64,000 bases of DNA, taken from an uncultured Acidobacteriota bacterium (lineage in GTDB: Bacteria; Acidobacteriota; Vicinamibacteria; Vicinamibacterales; 2-12-FULL-66-21). Below, in pieces: positions 19,411 through 29,319 of the stretch. The position numbers and the translations under genes are program-made. Below the pieces are notes generated by a model. It did no database searches and was not told the DNA's origin. It saw only the letters and a program-made list of their open reading frames with translations. The stretch is taken from contig CAVVSR010000004.1 of NCBI GenBank assembly GCA_963750935.1, forward strand, positions 148,902 to 212,901, written 5' to 3'. Position 1 is the first letter of the stretch. The number at the start of each line of letters is the position of its first letter.

Positions 19411-22400
19411 ATGCACCGTCTTCGTTTGATCGCGCTCGGCGCCTGTGTCCTCGCCGTCGGCGGCCAGTCGCTGATCGCCGGCCGCGGGCAGCAGCCCGCG
19501 CCGCCGGCCGCCGCCAGCACCACACCGGGGCAGACGCCGCTCGACGCCCTGCATTTCAGGCCGATCGGCCCGGCGTCGATGTCCGGACGCATCTCCGATG
19601 TCGCCGTGTTCGAGGCGAACCCGTCGCTCTACTACGTCGCGACCGCGCACGGCGGCGTGTGGAAAACGACGAACAACGGCACCACGTTCGAAGCGCAGCT
19701 GCAGGACCAGGGTCACATGTCGATCGGCGACGTGACCGTGTCGCAGAGCAATCCGGATCTCGTGTGGGTCGGCACCGGCGAGTCGAACAATCGCCAGAGC
19801 ACGTCATGGGGCGACGGCGTCTACAAGTCGCTCGACGGCGGCAAGACCTACACGAACATGGGGCTCCGCACCTCGAAGCACATCAACCGCATCGTCATCG
19901 ATCCGCGGAACAACGACGTCGTGCTGGTGGCCGCGACGGGCAGCCTGTGGGGCGCCGGCGGCGAGCGCGGCGTCTTCAAGACCAGCGACGGCGGCGAGAC
20001 CTGGAAGCACGTGCTCAAGGTGGACGACGACACCGGCGCGAACGAGCTGGTCATGGATGCGACCAACAGCCGCATCCTCTACGCGAGCACCTACCAGCGT
20101 CGCCGCACGGAATGCTGCATGAACGGCGGCGGCCCGGGCAGCGGGATCTGGAAATCGACCGACGGCGGCGACACCTGGACGCGCATCAAGGGCGGCGTGC
20201 TCGATCAGCCGCTCGGACGCATCTCGCTCGACGTCTACCGCAAGCGGCCGAACATCCTCTACGCGACCATCGAGGGCCCGGCGGCAGCCGGTCCCGGGCG
20301 CGGCGGACGGGGCGGCGGCGCGGCTGCAGCGAATGCGGAGGCCGGACCCGGCGCAGCACAGGAAGGAGCGGCCGCGGCACAGGCCGGACAGGCCGGCGGA
20401 CGTCAGGGCGGCCGCGGCGCGGCGCCGGCGATCAACGCCGACGCGACCGGGCTCTATCGCTCGGACGACTCCGGCGCGACCTGGCGGAAGGTCAACAACG
20501 CCAACCCGCGGCCGATGTATTTCAGCAAGGTCCGGATCGATCCCAACGATCCCGAGGTCGTCTACATGGCGGGCGTCGGCCTGCACCAGACCCTCGACGG
20601 CGGCCGCACGATGGCGACGGACGTCGCGGCCTCGACCCACGACGACATTCACGCGATCTGGGTCAACCCGGCCAACTCCGATCACGTGCTGATCGGCAAC
20701 GACGGCGGGCTCGCGGTGTCGTACGACCGCGCCCAGAAGTGGAACTTCCTGCCCAACCTGCCGGTCGGCCTCTTCTACCACGTGAGCGTGGACATGGCGA
20801 CGCCGTACAACATCTGCGGCGGCATGCAGGACAACTACAACTGGTGCGGGCCGAGCGCGGTGCGCGGCGCCGCCGGCATCGCCGGCTTCCACTGGTGGAC
20901 GCTGCTCGGCGGCGACGGCTTCGTCGTGCTCCAGGACCCGACCGACTATCGCATCGCCTACACCGAATCGCAGGACGGCAACATCGTCCGCGTCGATCGC
21001 GTCACCGGTGAAACGCTCGGCATCCGGCCGGTTGCCGCACCCGGCGAAACGCCGCTGCGCTGGCACTGGGACACGCCGCTCACCTTCTCGCCTCACGATC
21101 CCAAGGTCGTGTTCGCGTCCGGCAATCGCGTCTACCGATCGAACGATCGCGGCCTGACCTGGACGCCGATCAGCCCCGACCTGACGAAGAACCAGAATCG
21201 CGACGAGGTCGTGACGATGGGGCTGAAGAACAGCGAGATCCGCATCGCCCGCAACGACGGCATCGTCGCCTGGCCGGCGGTCGTCTCGTTCGCCGAGTCG
21301 GCGAAGAAGGCTGGCGTCATCTATACCGGCACCGACGACGGCAACCTGCACGTGACGCGCGACGGCGGCAAGGACTGGGCAAGCGTTGCCGACCGGATAC
21401 CCGGACTGCCGAAGGGGATCTTCGTGTCGGACGTCGTCCCGTCCCGCTTCGCCGAGTCGAACGTCTACGCGTCGTTCGACGGCCACCGCCAGAACGACTT
21501 CGAGACCTACATCTACGCGAGCACCGACTTTGGGCAGACGTGGACATCAATCGCGGGGAACCTGAAGGGTGAGGTCGCGCGCACGCTGACCGAGGACCAG
21601 AAGAATCCCGACGTGCTCTATCTCGGCACCGAGACCGGCCTCTTCGTGACGCTCGATCGCGGAAAGAGCTGGCAGCGGCTGCGGGCCAACCTGCCGACGG
21701 TGCGGATCGACGAGATCACGCTGCACCCGCGGGACAACGCGATGATCCTGGCGACGCACGGCCGCGCCATCTGGGTGCTCGACAACCTGGCGCCAATCCA
21801 GGAGCTCGCCGCGGCACAGGCGGCGACCGCGGACGCGCGGCTGTTCTCGACGCCCCCGACCTCCATGTTCCGGCGGCCGACGCGCGATCGGAACTACGAG
21901 TTCTGGGGCGATCAGACGTTCTATGGAGAGAACCCGCCGCAGGCGGCGGTCATCTCCTGGCTCGCCAAGCGCGAGCTGTCCAACGTCGCCCTGCGCATCA
22001 CCGACGCCGCCGGGCGTCAGGTCCGCGAGATCTCCGGTCAGGTGCTCGCCAACTCGGGCAAGGCCGGCCTCCAGTCAGCGTGCTGGGATCTGCGCGTGCA
22101 GCCGGCGCCGGCGCCGACGGGACTCGGCGGCGGCGGCCGTGGTGATGCCGGCGGCGGACGCCAGGGCGGCGGCGGCCGGACAGGCACAGCCCCCCAACCC
22201 GTTCGGCGCGGGCTGCGGTGGCGGTGGTGGCGGGTTCGGAGGCTTCGGCGGCGGTGGCGGCGGCAATCCGGGACCGTATGTGCTGCCCGGGGCCTACAAC
22301 GTCTCGCTGGTCGCCGACGGCAAGGTCCTCGACACCAAACCGCTGCGCGTCGCCGCGGATCCGGAAATGTCGCTCACCGACGTCGAGCGCAAGCGGATGT

Positions 22401-22870
22401 ACGACATGGCGATGGAGATGCACGAGCTCCAGCGTCGCGTCACGGAGATGGGCAACGCGATCAGCGCGCTCAATCGGCAGATGCCGGACGTGTCGAAGAC
22501 GATCGACAGCCGCACCGACCTGCCGCCCGACGTGAAGCCGTCATTCGAGGCGGTGGACAAGCAGCTGCTCGAGCTGACCGCGAAGTTCGCGCCGCCGGCA
22601 GGCGGACGCGGCGGCGGTGGTGGTGGCGGCCGCGGCGGCGCCGCCGACACGCCGGTCGGAAGGCTCGCTCAGGCGAAGAACGGGTTGATGGGCGGGATCG
22701 CGGTGACGGCGCAGACCACGGACGCCTACAAGCGGTCGAAGGCCGAGATCCCGAAGGCGCTCGAGGAAGCGACGGCGTTCCTCTCCAAGGTGCAGATGCT
22801 GAGCGCCGTGCTCGGCAAGCACAACATCACGCTGACGGTGACGCCGCCGGCGCGGACCGCCACGCAATAG
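19411..22870 (+). CDS. BNR/Asp-box repeat protein (sortilin/VPS10-like beta-propellers), exported. One frame break.
   Basis: Track ORFs 19378..23001 (real to about 22170) and 21923..22870. At least 8 Asp-boxes, e.g. SLDGGKTY, TSDGGETW, STDGGDTW, SDDSGATW, SNDRGLTW, TRDGGKDW, STDFGQTW, TLDRGKSW. ATG 19411 gives signal peptide MHRLRLIALGACVLAVGG. Confidence 0.8.
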
Positions 22871-22889
22871 GACCCGGCGGGGTCGCCGG

Positions 22890-24005
22890 CTACTCCGGCG
22901 ACCCCGTCAGCAGCGGCTCGAGCGACTCGAGGCGTGGGCCCTTGTCGTCGCAGACGGCGAACTCCAGTTTCCCGGTGTTGTACATCGTCACGCCGGCGTA
23001 GTCGCCGCGGGCGTTGAGGATGTAGAAGTTGATGTTGAAGTTCGGCTCGCCGCGCGCGTTCAGCAGCCGCTTCTCGATCTGGTTGGCCTTGATCCGCCGC
23101 AGCGCCTCGAGGCCGGCATCCTTCGGATGCTTGCCCCGCCGCATCTCCTCCACGATCAGGAACGACGCCAGGCTGTAGAGATTCGCTTCCCCCCGGCCGG
23201 TCGATCCGGCGGCGCCGACGGCGCCGTCGACGTAGAGACCGGCGCCGAGAATCGGCGAGTCGCCGACGCGGCCAGGAATCTTCCAGGACAGCCCGCTGGT
23301 CGTGGTGACGCCGCAGATCTCCCCTTTGGCGTTCACGCCGTTGCAGTTGATCGTCCCGTAGAAGTGATTGGGATCGACCAGCCCCTCGGCCATCATGTCG
23401 CGATCGACCTGCCGGAGCGCCGCCTCGCGCTTGACCGGATCGAGGTAGTGCAGCGGATCGGAGCGCCGCTTCCACTCGAGCCAGCTGCCGCGCGAGCGCT
23501 CGGTGTTGAGATCCGCCTCGATCGTGAACCCCATGCCGCGCGCGAAGCGCTGCGCGTCGCCGCCCACCAGCAGATGGTGATCGGTGAAGTCCATCACCTT
23601 CTGGGCGACGAGCGACGGCGTCCGGATGCCCTCCAGGCACGCGACCGCGCCGGCGCGCTTCTTCGGCCCGTGCATGCACGAGGCATCGAGCTGCACGACC
23701 CCTTCGGCGTTGGGCAGGCCGCCGTAGCCGACGCTCGTGTCGAGCGGGTCGAGCTCGACAATGTTGACGCCGGCAACGAGCGCCTCCAGGACGTCCTTGC
23801 CGTCGGTCATCATCGCGAACGCCCGCTCCACGCAGGTCTGCGGGCCGCCGTTCTTGTAACGGTGCCCGTTGGCCGACGACACGACCACCGGTCTGACCGC
23901 GCCGCGCGACGCCACCGCCGGCGCCTGCGCCTGTGGCTGGGCCGCAGCCGCCAGGCTGGCCGCGGCGCCGCTGATGACGAACTCACGTCGATTGAGTGGC
24001 GACAT
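22890..24005 (-). CDS. Ntn-hydrolase asparaginase family (glycosylasparaginase / isoaspartyl peptidase) with a Tat signal
   Basis: Track ORF 22890..24038; start ATG 24005. Twin-arginine signal MSPLNRREFVISGAAASLAAAA. Motifs: GYGGLPN, YGTINCNGV (nucleophile Thr region), GRVGDSPILGAGLY, GSTGRGE. Confidence 0.87.
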   Translation of the reverse strand: MSPLNRREFVISGAAASLAAAAQPQAQAPAVASRGAVRPVVVSSANGHRYKNGGPQTCVERAFAMMTDGKDVLEALVAGVNIVELDPLDTSVGYGGLPNAEGVVQLDASCMHGPKKRAGAVACLEGIRTPSLVAQKVMDFTDHHLLVGGDAQRFARGMGFTIEADLNTERSRGSWLEWKRRSDPLHYLDPVKREAALRQVDRDMMAEGLVDPNHFYGTINCNGVNAKGEICGVTTTSGLSWKIPGRVGDSPILGAGLYVDGAVGAAGSTGRGEANLYSLASFLIVEEMRRGKHPKDAGLEALRRIKANQIEKRLLNARGEPNFNINFYILNARGDYAGVTMYNTGKLEFAVCDDKGPRLESLEPLLTGSPE

Positions 24006-24125
24006 GCGGGAGACACTATCACGAGGGATTTGGCGCAAGTCGGAGGGAAAAAGGCGGCAGGAAAAAGGGGGGCAAGGCTCAGCGGTCGTTGACGGCCCTC
24101 GGATGGCCGACTACGATTACGGTTT

Positions 24126-25146
24126 GTGCTTTCGCAGACAGCCCTGGTGACAACGCGCAAGATTTCCCTGGATACGATTCGCGATGCGGCCACGATTGTG
24201 TACGAGGCCGCGGTGCGGACGCCGCTGGTCCGGCTCGATCTGGGACCGAAAGTCGCCGACGCCGCCGCGCGCACCGGGCCGGAGCTCGAGATTTACCTCA
24301 AGCTCGAAACGCTGCAGCCGATCGGCTCCTTCAAGATCCGCGGCGCCTACAACGCCGTCCGTCATCTCACCCCGGACCAGCTCGCGCAGGGCGTGTGGAC
24401 CGTGAGCGCGGGAAATGCCGCGCAGGGGGTGGCGTTCGCCGCGCGCCGGGTTGGCGCCGCCGCGAGCGTCCTCGTGATGGACACCGCACCGGCCACGAAG
24501 CTGCGCGCCATCGAGCGGCTCGGCGCGACGATCGTCCAGGCCTCCTACGAGGAATGCTGGCGCACCGTCGAGGCCCATCGCTCCGACCGCCTCCAGGGCC
24601 ACTTCGTGCACCCGTTCGACGACGACCTGTTCATCAGCGGCAACGGCACCGTCGGCCTCGAGATCGTCGAAGACCTGCCTGATGTCGACGCCGGTGATCG
24701 CGCCGCTCGGCGGCGGTGGGCTGCTGGCTGGCGCGGCGGCCGCGGTCCGCGCGCTGCGGCCGTCGGCGAAGATCTACGCGGCGGAACCGGCCACGGCCGC
24801 GCCGCTGGCGCGCTCGTTCGCCCGCGGCCAGGCCAGCCAGTTCGAGGAGTGGGAGGCGTCGTTCGTCGACGGCGCCGGCGGCCGCTCGGTACTCGACAGC
24901 ATGTGGCCGCTGCTTCGCGAGTCGGTGCACGAATCACTGGTGGTCAGCCTCGAGGACGTGGCCCGCGCGATGGCCCTGGTCGCGGACCGGGTGCACGTCA
25001 TCGCCGAGGGCGCGGCCGGATGCGCGATCGCCGCCGCGCTCAGCCCCGCGTTCGCACAGCGCGGGCACCGCAAGGTCGTCGCCATCGTCTCGGGCGGCAA
25101 CATCGATCTCTCGCGCTTCGCCAGGCTGGTCGGCGCCTGTGCATGA
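24126..25146 (+). CDS. PLP-dependent threonine/serine ammonia-lyase family enzyme (no ACT domain). One frame break.
   Basis: Track ORFs 24126..25220 (real to about 24690) and 24682..25146. PLP lysine motif PIGSFKIRGA. Junction: EIVEDLPDVDA | VIAPLGGGGLLAG. Confidence 0.8.
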
Positions 25147-25168
25147 CGACTGCAATGGAAGGATCATC

Positions 25169-27322
25169 GTGGAGTCCAACGTCACTGTTCCCCAAGGTAC
25201 GGCCCTCCCGAATCAGCTGAAGCGGCTCCCCGAGCTGGCATCCGATCTGTGGTGGACCTGGAACCCGCGTGCCCGCGAGGTGTTCAGGAAGCTCGATTAC
25301 CCGCTCTGGCGGCAGACCGCGCACAACCCGGTGCTGATGCTGCGGCAGGTGTCGACCGAGATGCTCTCGCTCGCCGCCGCCGACGATCGGTTCCTCGCCG
25401 TCTACGACGCCGCCATCGACGCGCTCGACCGCGCGCGCGATTCGCGCGACACCTGGTTTCACAAACGCTTCCCGGACAGCCAGGGATCGATCGCCTACTT
25501 CTCGGCCGAGTTCGCGCTGCACCAGTCGCTGCCGATCTACGCCGGCGGCCTCGGCGTCCTCGCCGGCGATCACTGCAAGGAAGCCAGCGACCTGGGCATC
25601 CCGCTCATCGGCGTCGGGTTCATGTATCCGCAGGGCTACTTCCACCAGACGGTGTCGCCCGAGGGGTGGCAGCAGGAAGTCTACGAGCGGCTGAACTGGA
25701 CCGATGCGCCGATCGAGCCGGCCGTGCTCCCCGACGGCAAACCCTGCATCGTCGCGGTACCGCTCGGCAACCGCAGCGTGCTCGTCTCGGTGTGGCGGGT
25801 GCGGCTCGGGCGCGTGACGCTCTATCTCCTCGACACCGATCTCGAGGAGAACGCCCCGTGGGATCGCGAGCTGTCGGCGCGGCTGTACGGCGGCGACCGC
25901 GAGACGCGCATCCAGCAGGAGATCATCCTCGGCATCGGCGGCGTGCGGGCGCTGAAGGCGCTCGGCGCGGCGCCCTCGGTCTGGCACCTCAACGAAGGGC
26001 ATGCCGCCTTCGTCGTGCTGCAGCGGATCCGCGATCATCTGGAACAGGGGCAGGGCTTCGAGGCGGCGCTGCAGGACGTGCGCCGCACGACGATGTTCAC
26101 GACGCACACGCCGGTGCCGGCCGGGCACGACGCCTTCCCGTTCAACCTGGTCGAGAAGCACCTCGCCGGCGCGTGGGGCACGCTCGGCGCCTACCGCGAC
26201 GCCTTCCTCGCGCTCGGTCATTACGACAACGGCAGCGGTCCGCTCTTCAACATGACGGCGCTCGCGCTGAGGACCGCCGGGACCGTGAACGGCGTCAGCC
26301 AGCTGCACGGCCACGTCACCCGCGAGATGTGGGGACCGATCTGGCCGGGCGTGCCGGACGACAAGCGTCCGGTCGGGTTCATCACCAACGGCGTCCACGT
26401 GCCGACCTGGCTGTCGGCGGAGCTCGCGATCCTGTTCGACGATCACCTCGGCGCCGACTGGCGCGAGCGGCACGACGACCCGCAGCTGTGGACGAAGATC
26501 CTCGACATTCCGGACGAAGAGCTGTGGGCGGCGCGAAACGCGCTGCGCAACTACCTGTTCGCCTTCATCCGCGAGCGCGCGCGATCGCGCTGGATGGAAG
26601 AGCGCGTGAGCGCGGCCCGCGTCGTCGCGGCCGGCACGCTGCTCGATCCGAACGCGCTGACGATCGGCTTCGCGCGCCGCTTCACCGGCTACAAGCGGCC
26701 CGAGCTGATCTTCCACAACCCCGAGCGGTTGATGAACATCCTCAACGCGCACCGGCGGCCGGTGCAGATCGTGTTCGCCGGCAAGGCCCACCCGGCCGAC
26801 GAGACCGGCAAGCACCACCTGCAGCAGGTGTATCGTCGAGCCGTCGACCCGATGTTTGGCGGGCGAATTGCGTTCGTGGACGACTATGACCTGCACGTCG
26901 CGCACTTCCTGGTGCAGGGCTGCGACGTCTGGCTGAACAATCCGCGGAAGCCGCTCGAGGCGAGCGGCACCAGCGGCATGAAGGCGTCGGTGAACGGCGT
27001 CCCGCACCTCAGCATCGGCGACGGCTGGTGGGCGGAAGGGTTCACCGGCAGGAACGGCTGGCTGATCGAAGGACAGGCGCCCCAGCACGATCATGGCGCC
27101 GTCGACGTCGCCGATGCCGAGGCGCTGTATAACCTGCTCGAGTCCGAGATCGTACCGGCCTTCTACGATCGGGACGCGAACGGCATTCCGCGGCGCTGGC
27201 TCGCCGTCGTCCGTCAGGCGATCCTCACCGTCACGCCCCGCTTCAGCGCGCGGCGGATGGTGAAGGAATACGCTGAGACGATGTACGGCCCCGCCATGCG
27301 CCAGCTCACGCCCTCCCGCTGA
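25169..27322 (+). CDS. glgP: Alpha-glucan phosphorylase (GT35, TIGR02094 type)
   Basis: Track ORF 24716..27322 is over-extended. GTG 25169 is preceded by GGAAGGA. Motifs: LWWTWNP, YFSAEF, YAGGLGVLAGDH, TNGVHVPTW, EASGTSGMKASVNG (PLP lysine). Confidence 0.9.
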   Translation: MESNVTVPQGTALPNQLKRLPELASDLWWTWNPRAREVFRKLDYPLWRQTAHNPVLMLRQVSTEMLSLAAADDRFLAVYDAAIDALDRARDSRDTWFHKRFPDSQGSIAYFSAEFALHQSLPIYAGGLGVLAGDHCKEASDLGIPLIGVGFMYPQGYFHQTVSPEGWQQEVYERLNWTDAPIEPAVLPDGKPCIVAVPLGNRSVLVSVWRVRLGRVTLYLLDTDLEENAPWDRELSARLYGGDRETRIQQEIILGIGGVRALKALGAAPSVWHLNEGHAAFVVLQRIRDHLEQGQGFEAALQDVRRTTMFTTHTPVPAGHDAFPFNLVEKHLAGAWGTLGAYRDAFLALGHYDNGSGPLFNMTALALRTAGTVNGVSQLHGHVTREMWGPIWPGVPDDKRPVGFITNGVHVPTWLSAELAILFDDHLGADWRERHDDPQLWTKILDIPDEELWAARNALRNYLFAFIRERARSRWMEERVSAARVVAAGTLLDPNALTIGFARRFTGYKRPELIFHNPERLMNILNAHRRPVQIVFAGKAHPADETGKHHLQQVYRRAVDPMFGGRIAFVDDYDLHVAHFLVQGCDVWLNNPRKPLEASGTSGMKASVNGVPHLSIGDGWWAEGFTGRNGWLIEGQAPQHDHGAVDVADAEALYNLLESEIVPAFYDRDANGIPRRWLAVVRQAILTVTPRFSARRMVKEYAETMYGPAMRQLTPSR

Positions 27323-27459
27323 GGGCCCGCGGCGACTCGCAGCCGGCGCGGAAACCCGGCCGGCGGTTGCCGGCGTCTTGTACTGAGACGCGGGTCGGTG
27401 GTCGCCTGCCTCGGCCGCACGCGCGGCCGGACGGCGCGTAACGAAAGGAATCAGCGAGG

Positions 27460-27918
27460 GTGTCCCGGAAAACCATGGCGCAGACGAGGTGCGCGCTCTG
27501 CGGCGCGAAAGACGTGTCGGAGCCGCGCGGCGAGGAACGCTACTGCCGCGACTGCTGGGACAAGAAGATCGCCGTCGAGGAGATCGTCGCCCGCGAGTTC
27601 GCGCTGAAGCGCTACATCCGCGCCCATAGCGCGGAGAAGTACCTGATCTATCACTCCACCCTGAAGCGGCCCTGCGGGCAGCTCATCGTCGTGGACGACG
27701 GCTACGACCTGTTCCTCACGATGGTCCTCTACCCCAGCTTCGCGTGGGACGAGCCCGCCTATCACCTCGAAGGCGACCCCGAGGGCCGGACGTTCGCCGA
27801 GATCCTGGTGGACGTGGTGGCGGCCGAAGTCATCGAGCCGTGGGGCGGCGGGAAGTGGCATCTCGACATCTTCCGGTCGGCGAATCTCGAGCCGGAAGAC
27901 TGGAACGGCGAGATGTAG
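27460..27918 (+). CDS. Hypothetical protein with an N-terminal CxxC...CxxC zinc-ribbon
   Basis: 152 aa. CALCG...CRDCW. GC3-rich codons. AGGAA-type RBS before GTG 27460 (alternative start ATG 27475). No recognisable family. Confidence 0.6.
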   Translation: MSRKTMAQTRCALCGAKDVSEPRGEERYCRDCWDKKIAVEEIVAREFALKRYIRAHSAEKYLIYHSTLKRPCGQLIVVDDGYDLFLTMVLYPSFAWDEPAYHLEGDPEGRTFAEILVDVVAAEVIEPWGGGKWHLDIFRSANLEPEDWNGEM

Positions 27919-27980
27919 CAACTGCGGGAAATACGGGGTTTCGCCGGATATCGTACTTACGTACCTGCCAACTTTTATCT

Positions 27981-27989
27981 TGCTATAAT
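27981..27989 (+). promoter_or_regulatory. Extended -10 promoter element TGCTATAAT
   Basis: tgctataat read directly in a local low-GC patch, about 105 nt upstream of ATG 28095. No good -35 element. Confidence 0.45.
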
Positions 27990-28094
27990 CCCCCCGGCTG
28001 CCGGCCTTCGCTGGCGGCTCACAGGTAACCTAAAAGTCCCCCGAGCCGAGAGCCGTTCCGCGACGGCGCCGTCGGCAACCCGTCGGAGGTAGCC

Positions 28095-28550
28095 ATGAAC
28101 CGCTCCGTGTTCGCGCCTGCCCTCACGTTACTCGTCTCCGTCACCATCGTCTCAACCGCGTTCGCCCAGGCCAAGCCGGCCGTCGCGACCAGCACTCCCC
28201 CGCCACCCGCGGCCAAGGCGAAGTTCACCACGCCGATCAAAGGTGACGTCGCCGTGCAGGTGATTCAGGGCAAGTCCAACTTCGTGGGCAAGGAGATCGT
28301 CACGACCTACCGTGTCAAGAACATGGCGTCGGGACCGATTGCGTTGCTGAAGGTGGACGAGTATTGGTACGACAAAGGCGGGAAGATGGTGTCGACTGAC
28401 ACTCAGCGCCACAAGCAGCCGTTCCTGCCCGGCGAGATCATCGAGATGACGACGCGGGCGCCGGCGCTGCCCGGCGCGGCCCGCAATCAGGCGACGTTCT
28501 CACACGCCAACGGCAAGGTCACCGTCAAGCCGGTCAAGCAGTTCCAGTAA
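28095..28550 (+). CDS. Small exported protein, function unknown
   Basis: 151 aa. GGAGGT RBS. Signal peptide MNRSVFAPALTLLVSVTIVSTAFAQA, then a PPPPAAKAK linker and a beta-rich body. Confidence 0.7.
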   Translation: MNRSVFAPALTLLVSVTIVSTAFAQAKPAVATSTPPPPAAKAKFTTPIKGDVAVQVIQGKSNFVGKEIVTTYRVKNMASGPIALLKVDEYWYDKGGKMVSTDTQRHKQPFLPGEIIEMTTRAPALPGAARNQATFSHANGKVTVKPVKQFQ

Positions 28551-28926
28551 TCCGGGTCCGCGCCGCGAGGCGCTCGGCGTACTCGCCGGCGATGGGCAGC
28601 TTCCATCGCCGGCGGGTGAACGCCTTCACGAGACACATCGCCCAGCAGACCACCCAGAGCGCCCAGCAGATCCAGGACGCGACCAGCAGCGCGCGGAACG
28701 CGGTCGCCGACACGATCACGGCCGCGAACGCCACGATCAGCAACAGGCCCACCAGCACGCCGAGGCCACCGAGGCCGAGGATCGACTGCCACGCATGAAA
28801 TCGGACGTAGGAGTTCGTGCGTTCGGCCATCAGCACCAGCACGCCTGACAGCGGCCCGGCCAGGTAGGCCAGGGTCGCCGCCACGTGCGGCTCGAGACCG
28901 GTGGTCGAGGGTTCGCGCGGATTCAT
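28534..28926 (-). CDS. Small membrane protein, DUF4870-like
   Basis: Track ORF 28534..29004; likely start ATG 28926. AYLAGPLSGVLVLMAERTNSYVRFHAWQS followed by TM helices. The family name is from memory of the FHAWQS-type motif. Confidence 0.65.
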   Translation of the reverse strand: MNPREPSTTGLEPHVAATLAYLAGPLSGVLVLMAERTNSYVRFHAWQSILGLGGLGVLVGLLLIVAFAAVIVSATAFRALLVASWICWALWVVCWAMCLVKAFTRRRWKLPIAGEYAERLAARTRITGTA

Positions 28927-29195
28927 CGGATGCTGACCTCCAGCTCGCGCGACACCGTCGGCGCGTCGGCGACTTGCGCGCGCGCCTCGTCGGTGTGGCT
29001 GCACGCAAGCCGGCCGTCGTCGCGCGTCAAGGTGGTCGCGATCTGCAGGCCGTGCGATGCCGGAATGTGGTCGTACACTTCCGCGAAAACCGTCAACTCG
29101 TCGTGGCTATCGAATTCCCGTGCCAGGTCGGGGCGGCAGGAGCAGACGCAGGATGACGCTTGCGGGCTTGTGCACGTGGCCCATCTTACTGTCAT
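28923..29195 (-). CDS. Hypothetical 90-codon ORF, possibly a shorter protein or a gene remnant
   Basis: The stop overlaps the DUF4870-like start (ATGA). The distal 65 or so codons are GC3-rich (ELTVFAEVYDHIPASHGLQIATTLTRDDGRLA). The first 25 or so codons are Cys-rich and have no RBS. Confidence 0.4.
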   Translation of the reverse strand: MTVRWATCTSPQASSCVCSCRPDLAREFDSHDELTVFAEVYDHIPASHGLQIATTLTRDDGRLACSHTDEARAQVADAPTVSRELEVSIR

Positions 29196-29282
29196 GCAGA
29201 GCTCGCGTCCGTTAACATCCTTAACATTCGCGTCAGCAGCGATTTACGACGATTGCGCAAACCTTGTGCGGCCGTCCGACGT

Positions 29283-29298
29283 CCTACTGTCCAGTAGG
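29283..29298. promoter_or_regulatory. Perfect palindrome CCTACTG-tc-CAGTAGG (candidate operator) next to a TATATA/TATACT -10-like box
   Basis: Read directly. The -10-like box at 29306-29313 ends 7-9 nt before the M24 peptidase ATG (29320). Confidence 0.35.
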
Positions 29299-29319
29299 CC
29301 GGCCTTATATACTCGTGAC

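Noticed and set aside
24716-25168. N-terminal extensions of track ORFs: 24716..27322 (glgP), 28885..30927 (M24), 3060..5366 (DUF3999-like), 36464..37906 (asnS), 37913..38926 (rimO), 46883..47212 (rpsO), 49648..50112, 55451..57151 (ctpA) and 57129..57500 (tatA).
   Set aside because: The extensions overlap upstream genes or repeat elements and lack coding character. In each case an internal start with a Shine-Dalgarno sequence and a sensible N-terminus or signal peptide is available.
29283-29298. The CCTACTGtcCAGTAGG palindrome as a LexA/SOS box.
   Set aside because: Only the TACTG/CAGTA half-sites resemble the E. coli box. The spacing is 2 nt instead of 10. The downstream gene, an M24 peptidase, is not an SOS-type gene, and no lexA is in the window.
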